Of a DNA stretch of 64,000 nucleotides, positions 28,001-39,800 are shown piece by piece. A program made the position numbers and the translations under genes. This stretch comes from Negaprion brevirostris. Its lineage: Eukaryota. The stretch lies in NCBI GenBank assembly GCA_030324005.1, contig JARDVH010000001.1, forward strand, positions 113,626,077-113,690,076, in the 5' to 3' direction. Under the pieces are notes generated by a model that saw nothing but the letters and a program-made list of their open reading frames with translations, was not told the DNA's origin and ran no database searches. The stretch's first letter is position 1; every line of letters begins with the position of its first letter.

Positions 28001-28380
28001 TGTCCTTTTTATTATTTTCATAGCGTCTAGTCTTATCTGTTCATTTACTCTTAGATTTATATTCACTGCCACAGTCTGTTTATCATTTCCTTTATTAGTA
28101 CCTTTTTCTCTTGCTTTGTCTCTACACTTTGATTTACCGTATCTCTTAAATTTGATTCTTTGTCCCACTATTTCGATTAAAATCCTTTCCACTCTCCTGT
28201 TTATGCAGCTCACTAAAACAACTTCAGCACTGTTCAGGTATAGACTGTCCCAATGGTACAACCTGCTGTTTCCTCTACAAACTGGAACACACTGCTCCAA
28301 CATTGGTCTTTTAGCCACACATTTATTTCTCTAGTCTTATTTGCCCTATGCCAATTTCCACTTGGCTCAGAAACTATGCC
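25005..28380 (-). mobile_element. Long degraded CR1 LINE with an internal insertion (~26870-27530, possibly Penelope-like)
   Basis: LQLYRALLRPHLEQHVQYWSPFLRK (25410..25592) and RKSQHGFMKGKSCL (26069..26317); upstream ORF2/endonuclease-like decay to ~28.3 kb. Confidence 0.75.
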
Positions 28381-28397
28381 AGAAATTATTACCTTTG

Positions 28398-28562
28398 ATA
28401 AAAGCAAAATACTGCAGAAGCTGAAAATCTGAAATAAAAACAGAAAATGCTGAATAAACTCAGCCAGTTCTGAAAGTCACATGGATTTGAAATGTTAACT
28501 CTGTTTATCTCTCCACTGATACTGCCAGACCTGTTGAGTTCATCCAGCAATTTTTGTTTTTA
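28398..28562. repeat. Short semi-palindromic interspersed repeat (shark-type)
   Basis: aaaacagaaaatgctgaataaactcagc ... gttgagttcatccagcaatttttgtttt form inverted arms; related copies near 2951-3015 and 59800-59990. Confidence 0.6.
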
Positions 28563-28564
28563 AA

Positions 28565-28818
28565 ATCATAGAACCACAGAATTCCTAGAGTGCAGAAGGA
28601 AGCCATTCAGCCCATCGAGTTATCAACTCTCCAAGTCTACACTGACTCTTCTCTCCCCCCACCCATCCATGTAACCCTGCACATTTACCCATGCCGAATC
28701 CACCTAACCTACACATCTTTGGACACTAAGAGGCAATTTAGCATGGACAATCCACCTCAATTGCAAACCTTTAGACAGGTGGAGGAACCTGTAGCACCCA
28801 GAGGACACCCCCACACGG
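28565..28818 (-). mobile_element. HE1/V-SINE-like SINE 3' part
   Basis: aatccacctaacctacacatctttggacactaagaggcaatttagcatggacaatccacct is shared with 31390-31470. Confidence 0.75.
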
Positions 28819-28918
28819 NNNNNNNNNNNNNNNNNNNNNNNNNNNNNNNNNNNNNNNNNNNNNNNNNNNNNNNNNNNNNNNNNNNNNNNNNNNNNNNNNN
28901 NNNNNNNNNNNNNNNNNN

Positions 28919-29330
28919 TCCCTCATCTAAATCATTGATGCATATTGTGAATAGCTGGGGCCCAAGCACTGATCCCTACAGGACCCCTCTAGTCACTTCC
29001 TGTCACTATGAAAAAGACCCATTTACTCCTACTCTCTGTTTCCTGTCTGTTAACCAATTCTCAATCCTTGCCAATATGTTACTCCTAATCCTATACACTT
29101 TAATTTTGCACACTAACCTCTTTTGTGGGGTTTATCAAAAGCTTTCTGAAAATCCAATCACATCCACTGGTTCACGCTTATTCATTATACTTTCATCCTC
29201 AAAAAAACTCCAGTAGGTTTGTCAAACAAAATTTCCCTTTTGTAAATCTCTGCTGACTTTGTCTAACTCTTTTGATATTTACTAAGTATCCTGTTATCAT
29301 ATCCTTTATAATAGGATCTAAAATTTTCCA
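28919..29330 (-). mobile_element. CR1 RT fragment
   Basis: VLGPQLFTICINDLDEG motif. Confidence 0.85.
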
Positions 29331-29344
29331 ATAGATTCCAATGT

Positions 29345-29485
29345 TTTCTCCCACAGTCTGAAAGACGTGCTGGTTAGGTGTATTGACCTGAACAGGTGCC
29401 TGAGTTTGGTAACTAGGGGAATTTCACAGTAATTTCATTGCAGTGTGAATACAAGCTTTACTTGTGACTAATAAATAAACTTAAC
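29345..29485 (+). mobile_element. SINE 3' portion
   Basis: ctcccacagtctgaaagacgtgctggttagg...cttcattgcagt..cttgtgactaataaataaactt; the same tail occurs at 46835-46902. Confidence 0.7.
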
Positions 29486-29582
29486 TAAAATCTTTATCCT
29501 GTGTTTTTAATATTGCACGAGTAGGAATTGAAACTCTTGATCAGTGTTATCTGAGAAAATCACTATGAATAAGTGTTTATTG

Positions 29583-30810
29583 AGTCATAGAGGTTTACAG
29601 CATGGAAACAGGTCCTTCAGCTCAACTTGTCCATGCTGCTCTTTTTGCTTAAACCTCGAAGCAAGTCCCAATTGCCCACATTTCGCCCATATCCCTCCAT
29701 ACCCATCTTATTCATGTCACTGTCCAAACGCTTTTTAAAAGACTAAATTGTATCCACCTCTAATATTACTTCTGGCAGCTTGTTCCAGACACTCACCACC
29801 CTCTGAGAGAAAAAATTGCCCCTCTGGACACTTTTGAATCTCTCTCCTCTCACCTTAAACCTATGCCGTCTAGTTTTAGAATCCCCTACTTTTGGGAAAA
29901 GATATTGACTACCTAGCTGATCTATGCCCCTCATTATTTTATAGACCTCTATAAGATCACCCCTCAACCTCCTACACTCCAATGAAAAAAGTCCCAGTCT
30001 ATCCAGCCTCTCCTTAGAGCTCAAATCATCAAATCCCAGTAGCATCCTAGTAAATCTCTTTTTTTAGTTTAATAATATCTTTTCTATAATAGGATGACTA
30101 GAACTGTACACAGTATTCCCAAGTGTGGCCTCACCAATATCTTGTACAACTTCAACAAGATGTTACAACTCCTGTATTTAATGTTCTGACCAATGAAACC
30201 AAACATGCTGAATGCCTTCTTCACCACTCTGTCCACCCGTGACTCCACTTTCAAAGAGTTATGAACCTGTATCCCTAGATCTCTTTGTTCTGTAACTCTC
30301 CCCAATGCCCTACCATTAACTGAGTAAGTCCTGTCCTGGTTCAATCTACCAAAATGCATTACCTCGCATTTATTTGAATTAAACTCCATCTGCCATTCGT
30401 CAGCCCACTGGCCCAATTGATCATGATCCCATTGCAATCCTAGATAATCTTCTTCACTGTCCACTTTGCCACCAATCTTGATGTCATCTGCAAACTTACA
30501 AACCATGCCTCCAATATTCTCATCCAAATCATTAATACAAATGACAAAAAAACAGTGGACCGAGCCTGATCCTCCAGTTTGAAAAACAACCCTTCACAAC
30601 CACCCTCTGGCTTCTGTCAAGAAGCTAATTTTGTATCTATTTAGCTGTTTCAGCTTGGATCCCATGACATTTAACCTTATGGAACAACTTACCATGTGGT
30701 ACCTTGTCAAAGGTCTTGCTAAAGTCTATGTAGACAACATCAACTGCACTGTCCTCATCTACCTTATTGGTTACTCCTTCAAAAAAAACTTAATCAAATT
30801 TGTGAGACAT
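29583..30810 (-). mobile_element. Well-preserved 5'-truncated CR1 LINE
   Basis: ORFs 30084..30527 (KFADDIKIGG..WQMEFNSNKCEVMHFG) and 29743..30045 (RRLRGDLIEVYKIMRG..FFSQRVVSVWNKLP). Confidence 0.95.
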
Positions 30811-31214
30811 CTGAAAACAATCTCAGGATCTCTCCTTGTGTAAGAATTATGCTTCACACCTTTCACATATCTAGATAGAACCTACAATCTGTGACAAATA
30901 CTAAGTTACTACATTTCCATTGGCGCAGTATGTACATATAATTGCAATTAGCATCATTATGAAGGTTTCTTTACTAACATAGAAATCATACTGAAATTTT
31001 CCAGCTGTTCTCGCCAGCAGGGTCTTCCAGTCCTGCTGAAGTTGAACCCCCCCCCCTCCCCCCGCCACACTGTTGCAGCTTCCCTGACAGCAAAGGGTGA
31101 AAACAAACAAAAGGAAAATTCACTGACAGCGGTAGGACTGGAAGATCCCGCTGCCAACCAATCAAGGGCCGCCACTGCAAAGCACAGTGCAGGGAGGTTG
31201 AAAAATCCAATCCA

Positions 31215-31615
31215 TACAACCATAAAATCCCTACAATGCAGAAGGAGGAGATTAGGCCCATTGAGTCTGCAGTAATTCTCTGAAAGAGCACCTTACTCAG
31301 GCCCGATATCTGCACCCCCCCTCCCCCACAACCTCTAGTCCCCACCCCATCATTAGCCTTTATCCATAACCCCGTATGTTTACAATGACTAATCCACATA
31401 ACCTACACATTTCTGGACATCAAGAGGCAATTTGGTTTGGCCAATCCATCTAAACTGCATATCTTTAGGCTGTGGGAGGAAATTGAAGCACGAAGAGAAA
31501 CCCATGCAGAAACAGGGAGATAGTGCAAACTCTACACAGAATTCACCCAAAGCCATATTGAACCCTGGTGCTGTGAGGCAGCAGTGCTAACCACTGTGCC
31601 ACGGTGCTGCCCCTT
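31215..31615 (-). mobile_element. Near full-length HE1/V-SINE-like SINE
   Basis: Minus-strand head ggggcagcaccgtggcacagtggttagcactgctgcctcacagcaccagggttcaa, then V-core and a CR1-like tail. Confidence 0.8.
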
Positions 31616-31749
31616 GTTTTCAATCAGATGAGGAGTGAAGTGATGGCTCCTCTGTTTTCTCACTCCTAGATGGAATTTTATGGCCCCTCCAGTGGCAGAA
31701 TTTCATATTCCCATTGAAGTCAATGAAGTTTTAAATGGCTCACCACTAA

Positions 31750-32085
31750 ATGTTTAAATGTTAGCAAGTGTGAGGTTATCCACTTTGAAAGAAATAATAG
31801 TAGGAGGGATTATTATTTAAAACGTGAAAAGCTGCAGCATGCTACGGTGCAGAGGGACCTGGGGGTCCTTGTGCACGAATCGCAAAAACCCAGTCTGCAG
31901 NNNNNNNNNNNNNNNNNNNNNNNNNNNNNNNNNNNNNNNNNNNNNNNNNNNNNNNNNNNNNNNNNNNNNNNNNNNNNNNNNNNNNNNNNNNNNNNNNNNN
32001 TCAGCCATGATCTTATTGAATGGCGGGGCAGGCTCGAAGGGCTAGATGGCCTACTCCTGCTCCTACTTATGTTCTTATGTTCTTA
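31750..32085 (+). mobile_element. Young CR1 LINE spanning a gap
   Basis: KFNVSKCEVIHF..VQRDLGVLVHESQK before the gap; canonical tail after it. Confidence 0.9.
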
Positions 32086-35000
32086 AGTACCACATTTTAC
32101 AGCCCTGCATAAAATTCCATGCCTAGTTTCTCTGCAAGTTTCTTAAAAAGAGAATTTGCTTGCCAATTTACTAAGTGTTTACATGCTGTGATTATAAAAG
32201 ATACATGCAGACAGGTTTTTTATTGTGCATAACCTGGCCAAGGAAAATAATAAAAAATGCTCCAACTTCCACAGACACATTCAAAGTTCACATTCACACA
32301 AATAGATTACAAAGTGAGAGGAGTGTTTAAGCAATTTAAAGTCTGGTAAAAGTTAAAGGGGTAAATACAGTTCATAAAGGATAATGACTGGACTGGTTTC
32401 ATGGTGGCCCTCCTGGGTAGGAATGGAGGCAGTTTAAAGATTTAATGGGCTATTTATCTGTTTTTCTGAAGGTAGCAGATGCGGAATTTAATTTTTAAAA
32501 AATCTGTTTGTGTCACATGGAGAGTCAAAATACAGCAGAGTTCAAAACTTGCACGTGTTTGGATAGAGGAAAACCAACACAGAGAGCTTGCTTCTTTAGC
32601 ATTTCACATGCCTATGCGAAGAAAACAGGTGCTCAAACACACAAAAAGTGACCCTCTCTCTCCAACTTCCTAATTACCTGAAAAATGGTTATAGCATAAT
32701 GGGTTACAGATGTATGGTTTCATGATTAGATGATGTCTAGCCAAATTAATTTGACAGTCAAAGTCCAAGTGATAGTGGTTTGTCTCCACCCAGTTGAGTA
32801 TTCAGGTGATTGTCTGGATGTTTTGCCAGCAGGATAGGAGATGATTGCCATTCAAACTCCTTCAAAGAATTGTTTCTGGACACTTTGCAGATTGATTGTC
32901 TCCTTTTCAATGGCTTTGGAATGCAGACAGCAGCATAATGTGGATGTTCAGCTATCTTTGGTTGTCCATGGAAAATGGTTTCATCCTTTTTTTTAACCTA
33001 TTAGTGATTTCCAGCCCATAAATTCATAAAGTTATTTTTCATAACAGTTTCAATATTCATAATAGTTTAAATCAAAATAATGGGCAACATATTTTTCTAA
33101 CAAGCTAATTTGTCTACAAAGTTTGAAATTCTGTGTGCTCCAATGACCTATAAAAGGATATCATCTTAATAATACATGTGTATTAAAGTCTGTGCTCATC
33201 TCAGCAAAATCAAAAACTAACCTCTAAGTGGAACAATTAATGGGCTAACTAATCCTTACGCCATTGCCTTTGAATCCAATCACAAGTCCATCCTCTGTGA
33301 GAGTTGCCAGGCTTCAAAGTATACATTGGATATCTTTGTATTATCAAATATCATAAACATTATATGCCAAACTTGGTTCTTATTTGTAAACATATTTTTG
33401 AATTGTTTTACTGCAAACTGCTCTCTGGCTTTTGCACTGAACTACACTGAAGCATAGGTATCATTACACAAGTAAGTAGACAAGTTAATTCTAACTCTAC
33501 TAACAATATAGACAAGCAAAACTTCATATGTGAACAACACATACTTTATATAATTTATTAAGGCATTTAAATGCTAGATTATAACAGTGACTACACTTCA
33601 AAAAGTGCTGAATTGGCTGTAAAGTGCAATGGAGTATCCAGTGGTCATGAAAGACACTACATAAATATGTATTTCTTCCATTCCCAACTTGAAGCATTCT
33701 AGAATCAGGTCTGTTACTATGATTTTTAGTTTTGTATTTCTTCTTCCATACACTAACAGTCCCCCACTCATTTATGTGCCTTTAGTGGCACTTTTTACTA
33801 TGATGCTACTGTTGGTCAAAAGAAAATCGTTTCAATCAGAGCCCAAGATTCCATTAATATTTTCAGAAATCTAAGCTCAAATCCAACGGAGGAAACTACT
33901 TGTAAGTTCTTTTCTCCTCACAGTATTTTTGAACTAAAAGATCAAAAAAACCATTGGATATTACTGCAGCATTAAGGTGAAATCCATTTAGTCTTTTCTT
34001 GATTTTGGGCCAGCACAGGCATGACCTTCTATATTGTACAATCCTATCATTTTAATACTATCCATTCATCATTGATTCTCAATGATTTTTGTTTAGGTTT
34101 CTCTATTTTTATGTACTTTTCATAGCTTATAACTCATTGTAGTTATTTAGCTGAACTATAAGTGCCCTGTTTCATATGTTTCTTTCCCCTTATTCATGTT
34201 CTTTATCTATTTTCATTAAAGTGAAATCTGCTTGTTTGTTTCATTTATTCTTATTTCATTTGTGTACTTTTCTGCCCAGATTCTAACTTATGATTTCCTC
34301 TGCTAAACTGTTTTACTTAATTTCTTCCTCTTTCCCCCTCTCACATTAAAATCTAGCAAGGGTAGCAAGAAGTAAAGATTATAGACAAAGAAAGACCACT
34401 TAAGAGTTTAAAATGTTTAGAACAGTACTGACAGAGGTAAGTGCAAAACGTATGGAACAAAGAGTCTTGGTAGGGAATAAAACTAAAAAGTACAGAAAAT
34501 ATTCAAAATGATGAGAGGACAGAGCAATAGCAGAAGAAATAATGGGCACTGAATTATTTGAAGAAGCAGGAAATCAGAATGGACATAAATATTGAATCAA
34601 AATAAGAAAGAGATGGCAAACAAGTGCAAGGAAGATTGGAGATGGAGGAGAGCTGATATTAGTAGATCCAACAGCAGTTCTATAACAGCATGATAACACA
34701 GGACTTCTGTATGTTAGAGGTGGCAACAGCAGCTGATTTGTTGCTTATTCCTACCAGAGTATTGTTTTACTTCAGAGTTTTTCTTGCATGAAATACAGAG
34801 AAGATGAAAAATTCATAATAAACATAAAAAGCTCTTATTTCTATTACCTATACTAACTTTTCCTGCCAACTGTTTTAAACACAGATTATTTGACATTATT
34901 CGATACAATGATATATAATTACAGACAGAATAAACTACCTAAGTCTTTATATGTCTCACCAAAAATGTAGCTGATATTTCAATTTGACATTAAAAAGCTT

Positions 35001-35796
35001 ACTGTAAAATTGGTGCTAATTTCTCTTTTAAACCTATGTTGTTTTGAGCTCTCTATGAACTTCAATTGTTGATACAAATCAAATAATTGCAGTTTAAAAC
35101 AAAATCATTGCCAGGCTTTGTTTGTATAATTTAAGCAACCTAAAGTTAGAAATTATTAACTGTTCCCAACAAATAAAAAGAATTTTGCAGGAATTGGATA
35201 CCCATATTTAAATAATACACCAGGGCTGATTGTCACTGCATATAATCATAGACCTTATGCTGTACATATCACACAAAATTTTGCAATGTGTTTTTACATC
35301 ATTGTTAACTTATGAGTGGTCCCATTTAACTGATTTTCTATTCAGGTTTCCCATTCTTATTATGGACACTGAGGAGTATTTGGTCACTTGCAATACATCA
35401 GAACAAGCAAAATTTGATCCTCCAACAGCATGTTGGCAATCGCAAATCTGTGATAGTCAAATTTGCACAGACTTACGTACGTCACAAGGGTCTGAAAAAT
35501 TGATGCAGAAGGCAGAGCAGTATAATACTGTACCAATTTGTCATCCCCGGATATCTGACGAAACGTGAAGCGTTTCNNNNNNNNNNGAACAAGCAAAATT
35601 TGAAATATAACTGAACAAAATGGAGGTCCCAGACTATTTTAGTGGTTGAGGCAAACTGGACCAGCAAAGAAAATACTACATGCAAATTTTTAAAATGCAG
35701 TATTTGAATTCAATGGTGTACATGCAATTTCCGAGTATGTTCTAATGCTTTTTGATTGCAGATGGGCTTAGATATCTCATTGCAACAAAGCAAATG

Positions 35797-37155
35797 GCAT
35801 AGAGTCATAGAGTTGTACAGCACTGAAAAGGCCCTTTGGTCCATCGAGTCTGCAGCAACAATAACTAGCAAAGTCGCGCTAATCCCACTTTCCAGCACGT
35901 GTCCCATGTCCTTGAATGTTATGAAGTTTTAAGTGCTCATCCAAATGCTTATTATAGTTGTAAGGTTTCCAGCCTCCACTACCTTGCCAGACAGTGCACT
36001 CCAGATTCCCGTCATCCTCAGTGAAAAAGATTTTTTCTAATATCCTCTCTGAAATCTCCTGTCTGTTACCCAAAAACAATGCCCCCTTCTGATTGACCCC
36101 TCAACCAAGGGGAACAGCTGCTTCCTATTCACCCTGTCCATAAACTTATGCGCCTCAATTACGCTCCCCACCTCCCTCAGCTTTCTCTGCTCCAGAGAAA
36201 ACAATCCAGCCTATCCAGTCTCTCCTGATAACTAAATGTTCCATCCCAGGCAACATCCTGTTGAATCTCCTCTGGACCTCTCTAGCACAATCACGTCCTT
36301 CCTATAGTGAGATGGCCAGAACTGCAAACAGTTCTCCAGCTGTGACCTAACCAACATTGTATACAGTTCCAACATAACCTCCGAGCTCTTATGCTTAATG
36401 CCATGACTATTAAAGAAAGAATCACAAATGTCACCTTAACCACCATACTCACCTGCTTTGCCGCCTTCTTGTAGCCATGATTAAGTTTTTTATGATCTCT
36501 CTGTTCCTCTGAGCTTTCTAGTGTCCTGCCATTCATTAAATACTCCCTTGTCTTGATACTTCTTCCAAAAGTGCATCACCTCACACTTATCATAGTTAAA
36601 TACCATCTGCTACAGCTCTGCCCATTTGACCAATCCATCTATATCTTCCAGTATCCTACGACCTCCTTCTTCACTATTAACTACCCTCCCAATCCTGGTG
36701 TCACCTGTAAACTTGCTTATCATTACCCCCACATTATCATTTAAATGATTTATGTGTATAACAAACAACAAAAGACCCAACACTGAATCTTGTGGTCTGC
36801 CATGAGACACTGGCCCCCAGTCACTCAAACAGTCTTCTACCACTACCCTTTACATTCTATTACGAAGCCAGTTTTAGATCCATTTCACCAAGTTTCCTTG
36901 AATTACATGCGTTTCAACCTTCTCAGTCAGTCTTTCATGTGGGATCTTATCAAAGGCTTTGTGAAATCATTATAAACAACATCAACTGCACTTCACTCAT
37001 CCACATTATCACATCTTTGAAAAATATTACAAATTTGTTAGGCATCACTTCCCTCTAACAAACCCATGCTGACCATGCCTAATTAACCTAAGCCTTTCCA
37101 AGTGACGATTAATTCTCTCCTTCAGAATTTTCTCCAATAATTTCCTACCAAAGTT
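35797..37155 (-). mobile_element. CR1 LINE 3' ~1.3 kb
   Basis: PQDSVLGLLLFVIHINHL..ISKFTGDTRIG (36610..36843); tail catagagtcatagag. Confidence 0.9.
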
Positions 37156-38479
37156 GTACCAAAGGGGCAGTCAGGCCAAGTGGAAATTGGAAGATTTCCC
37201 AGGTTTTCCTGTGAATTATTCCTTTGTACAGAAAGTGCTATAGGATCAGAAGTTAGAGAAAAATAGGTACCACATATCATTCTTGGGTTAAAATTAGCCA
37301 CTTGGGGAATTAATTCATTCCAATTGGGGGAATGAGCAATGGACAACAAGTTGCAAAACTGTGACAAGCTGGCTTACCTGAAAGGCTCTGAGATTCCCAC
37401 AGGAAAGGAACTTGATGAGGCCCAGATTTTGCAGTTAACGATTAAATCCTGCTTATTGTTGTCTTTGAAGAAATCAGCTCATGAAGATCTAGCAAGCTCT
37501 AAAGATTCCATCTTTCCAAGTGTTAGCTTCATTCTGCTGCCAGCTCCGAGGAACTTGGGTGTCTAGCAACAGTGATATCATGAAGCAGGATAAGCAGCCA
37601 ATCACAATTAAGAATTCCCATGGATAGCAAGCCAGCAAGCAGCAAACAGGATTATCATTTACATGTTAAAATTTTATAGAAAGCAAAATAATATACAATT
37701 AAGGTCAAGGCTGAAGTATCAGGCAATTATTAATCATTTCAATAATCCATGAAAATTATCATGGAATAGAGAATTCTTTTCATTTTGCAATATGAAATTA
37801 GGTTTTCAAAGGCAAAATGCTGCTCCACAGAAATTATGATTGATTAGACCACTAAAACCCAGTCACACACAATGAGAATAACACCATGAAGTGGAAGTTT
37901 AGATCAATTCAGTGATTTCGAATTGACTTCTATCTGTCAACAGCAGACACTGTGAAGTAGTCGGGAATCACTCAGAACTTGTATGTCAAGCAACAGGAGT
38001 GAAGAACTTAGAGTCTGAGTTTAAGAGTAGAATTCAAAATGTTATCAAAGAAAGTGATTTTTGTTAAGTTTTTGCCAGTGCGGAAATAGGATACTAAGTG
38101 CAGTGGTTGAGACACTACAATGGTTCAAGAAAATCAGGATAGAATGGATGAAGGTTCTCCAATTGGTGGTGGAATGAGGGATTTGGAGAGCAAAGTCCCA
38201 TTCTCTGGAAATAGCTGAGATAGCAAGGTGTGATTTAAGGCACAGAATGAATAGAAAAGATTATTTATAGTTTCATTTGGAATTACTCAGACAACTTTGA
38301 ACTAGACGGGTCAAGGTGGTCAGATGCCAGAATATTTTTCCACATGGCTTTGAAAAAGGCTGGAGTTAGACCAAATGTAGAGCAGACTCCAAATCGTGTT
38401 TTCTGAAGCTGATCACATGCGTTTACTAGAATCAAATCCTCAATCTGATTTATGCTGACACTTTTATGTTGATGCTCAC

Positions 38480-38842
38480 CTGAATCTCGTTCACTTCAAC
38501 GCAAGGATCAGAGCATAATAGCATCCTTACACATGCAATCTCCCCCTGTGCTTTCCCAAGCGTACTGTACAAGCCTACTTTTTGACTTGCAGCTGTCATG
38601 TATGCAATGAGTAGCTCCTGGGAAAAAAGAGTCGTGCAAACCATAAAACAAAGTGTTGTAAGAAGCATTTCTACAGTTTGGGGGAATTGCCTGCCACATC
38701 CAGGTGTCTCTGGGCGCTGCCATTCTGAGATACAAACTTGTTCAAAAAAGTGGTATTGTGTTTGGAGGGCGCTCATCCCCAAGCCCTCGAGGAAGAAACT
38801 AGGCGTCTCCAAAAGTGGTGGAGAGGAAATGCAATGGCTCAT
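38480..38842 (-). CDS. Candidate first coding exon (121 codons) of an unidentified minus-strand gene or pseudogene
   Basis: aaaATGa start, open frame MSHCISSPPLLE...CSDPCVEVNEIQ, ending at a consensus donor CAG|gtgagc (phase 0), just downstream of a CpG-rich promoter-like patch. Confidence 0.4.
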
Positions 38843-38854
38843 TTTACCTCAACG

Positions 38855-39060
38855 ATCGGAAGAAACGCGACCCTTTCTGGTCACCGCGGTGCCGATTATT
38901 GACGGAGACGGCGGAGGGATAACTTCCCGCGCGGAAATTTTCCAGTCATTGTCGTCGTTCACCTGCTGGGCCGCTTCCGGCCAGACTGACCCCAGAAAAT
39001 GGCGCCAAAATGGGCTCGTGGCGCTGCAGTTAAGTCCTTCATTATAAAAACAGAGCCAAT
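38855..39060. promoter_or_regulatory. CpG-rich promoter-like element (ETS, YY1, TATA, CCAAT motifs)
   Basis: ccgcttccgg at 38971-38980, aaaatggcg near 38996-39004, second aaaatgg at 39007, TATAAAAA at 39043-39050, CCAAT at 39056-39060; dense CpG. Confidence 0.6.
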
Positions 39061-39499
39061 GTGCACAGAACCCCATCTCCATGGTTACTAAGCTTTATAA
39101 CTATGGATGGATGGATGACCTGAGAAATGTTACCAGTCACCCCAGCTGAGTTCTGATGGATCAATAGCCAACTTGCATCTATCGGAAGACGCTATGTGGA
39201 AACACAATGTGTCAATTGATAGATTGAAAACGTAAACATAGTACCTTGTAATGGAATAACCAAAGTCGTGCAACATAAATCCGTTTCACAAAAACCTATG
39301 AGTTGTTTTCCTAATCCAAGGCGTGGCCTCTGAAACCACTTAATTCTGCTGGTGAATTGTTCTATCAATGATGAAGTCCGACACCATTCGCTGTCCAACA
39401 GTTATAGAGGCTGTTGATACGTCAGCAATATGATACTCAATTATTTGCTATTACTCCTAACCGCAATGTTTACTTTAAACATAGTGAGGGACCAAAAAG

Positions 39500-39800
39500 A
39501 CTTGGGTCTTTCACCGTCTTTATAGCCTAAGTACTTCAGAAATGTGGTCACTGCTGTGCTGTGCCACAATAACAAGGTGCCATAGACAGAAATGTGATCA
39601 TCTGTTTCCGTGCATTGGATTACGAGATAAATATTGGCCAGAACATTAGAGGTAACTTCTACTCTTCTGTGAAATAGTGCCGTGGGATATTTTTCATCCA
39701 TCTTTGACGAGAGATAAGAAGTTGGGTTAACATCTCACTCAAGTCCAACGGGAGAGTTTATTTTACATCCAAGTCCTAAAATTATGTTTGAATCCATATC
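39500..39800 (-). mobile_element. Deu-core SINE (SacSINE1/AmnSINE1-like)
   Basis: ataaatattggccagaac..ctcttctgtgaaatagtgccgtgggatattttt..tccatct..ggttaacatctca matches the Deu core as I recall it. Confidence 0.7.

Noticed and set aside
28590-29216. 208-aa ORF and other ORFs containing X runs
   Set aside because: Artefacts of translating through N gaps that join unrelated repeats.
17090-31400. Isolated FoxH1-like AATCCACA matches (~17091, ~18594, ~31391)
   Set aside because: Single sites, one inside a SINE, with no clustering; compatible with chance.
9810-31615. tRNA-like A/B boxes as tRNA genes
   Set aside because: They are SINE heads followed by SINE cores; no complete cloverleaf is evident.
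38598-39047. 149-aa plus-strand ORF over the orphan promoter
   Set aside because: No splice or homology support; it overlaps the better-supported minus-strand exon in antisense.
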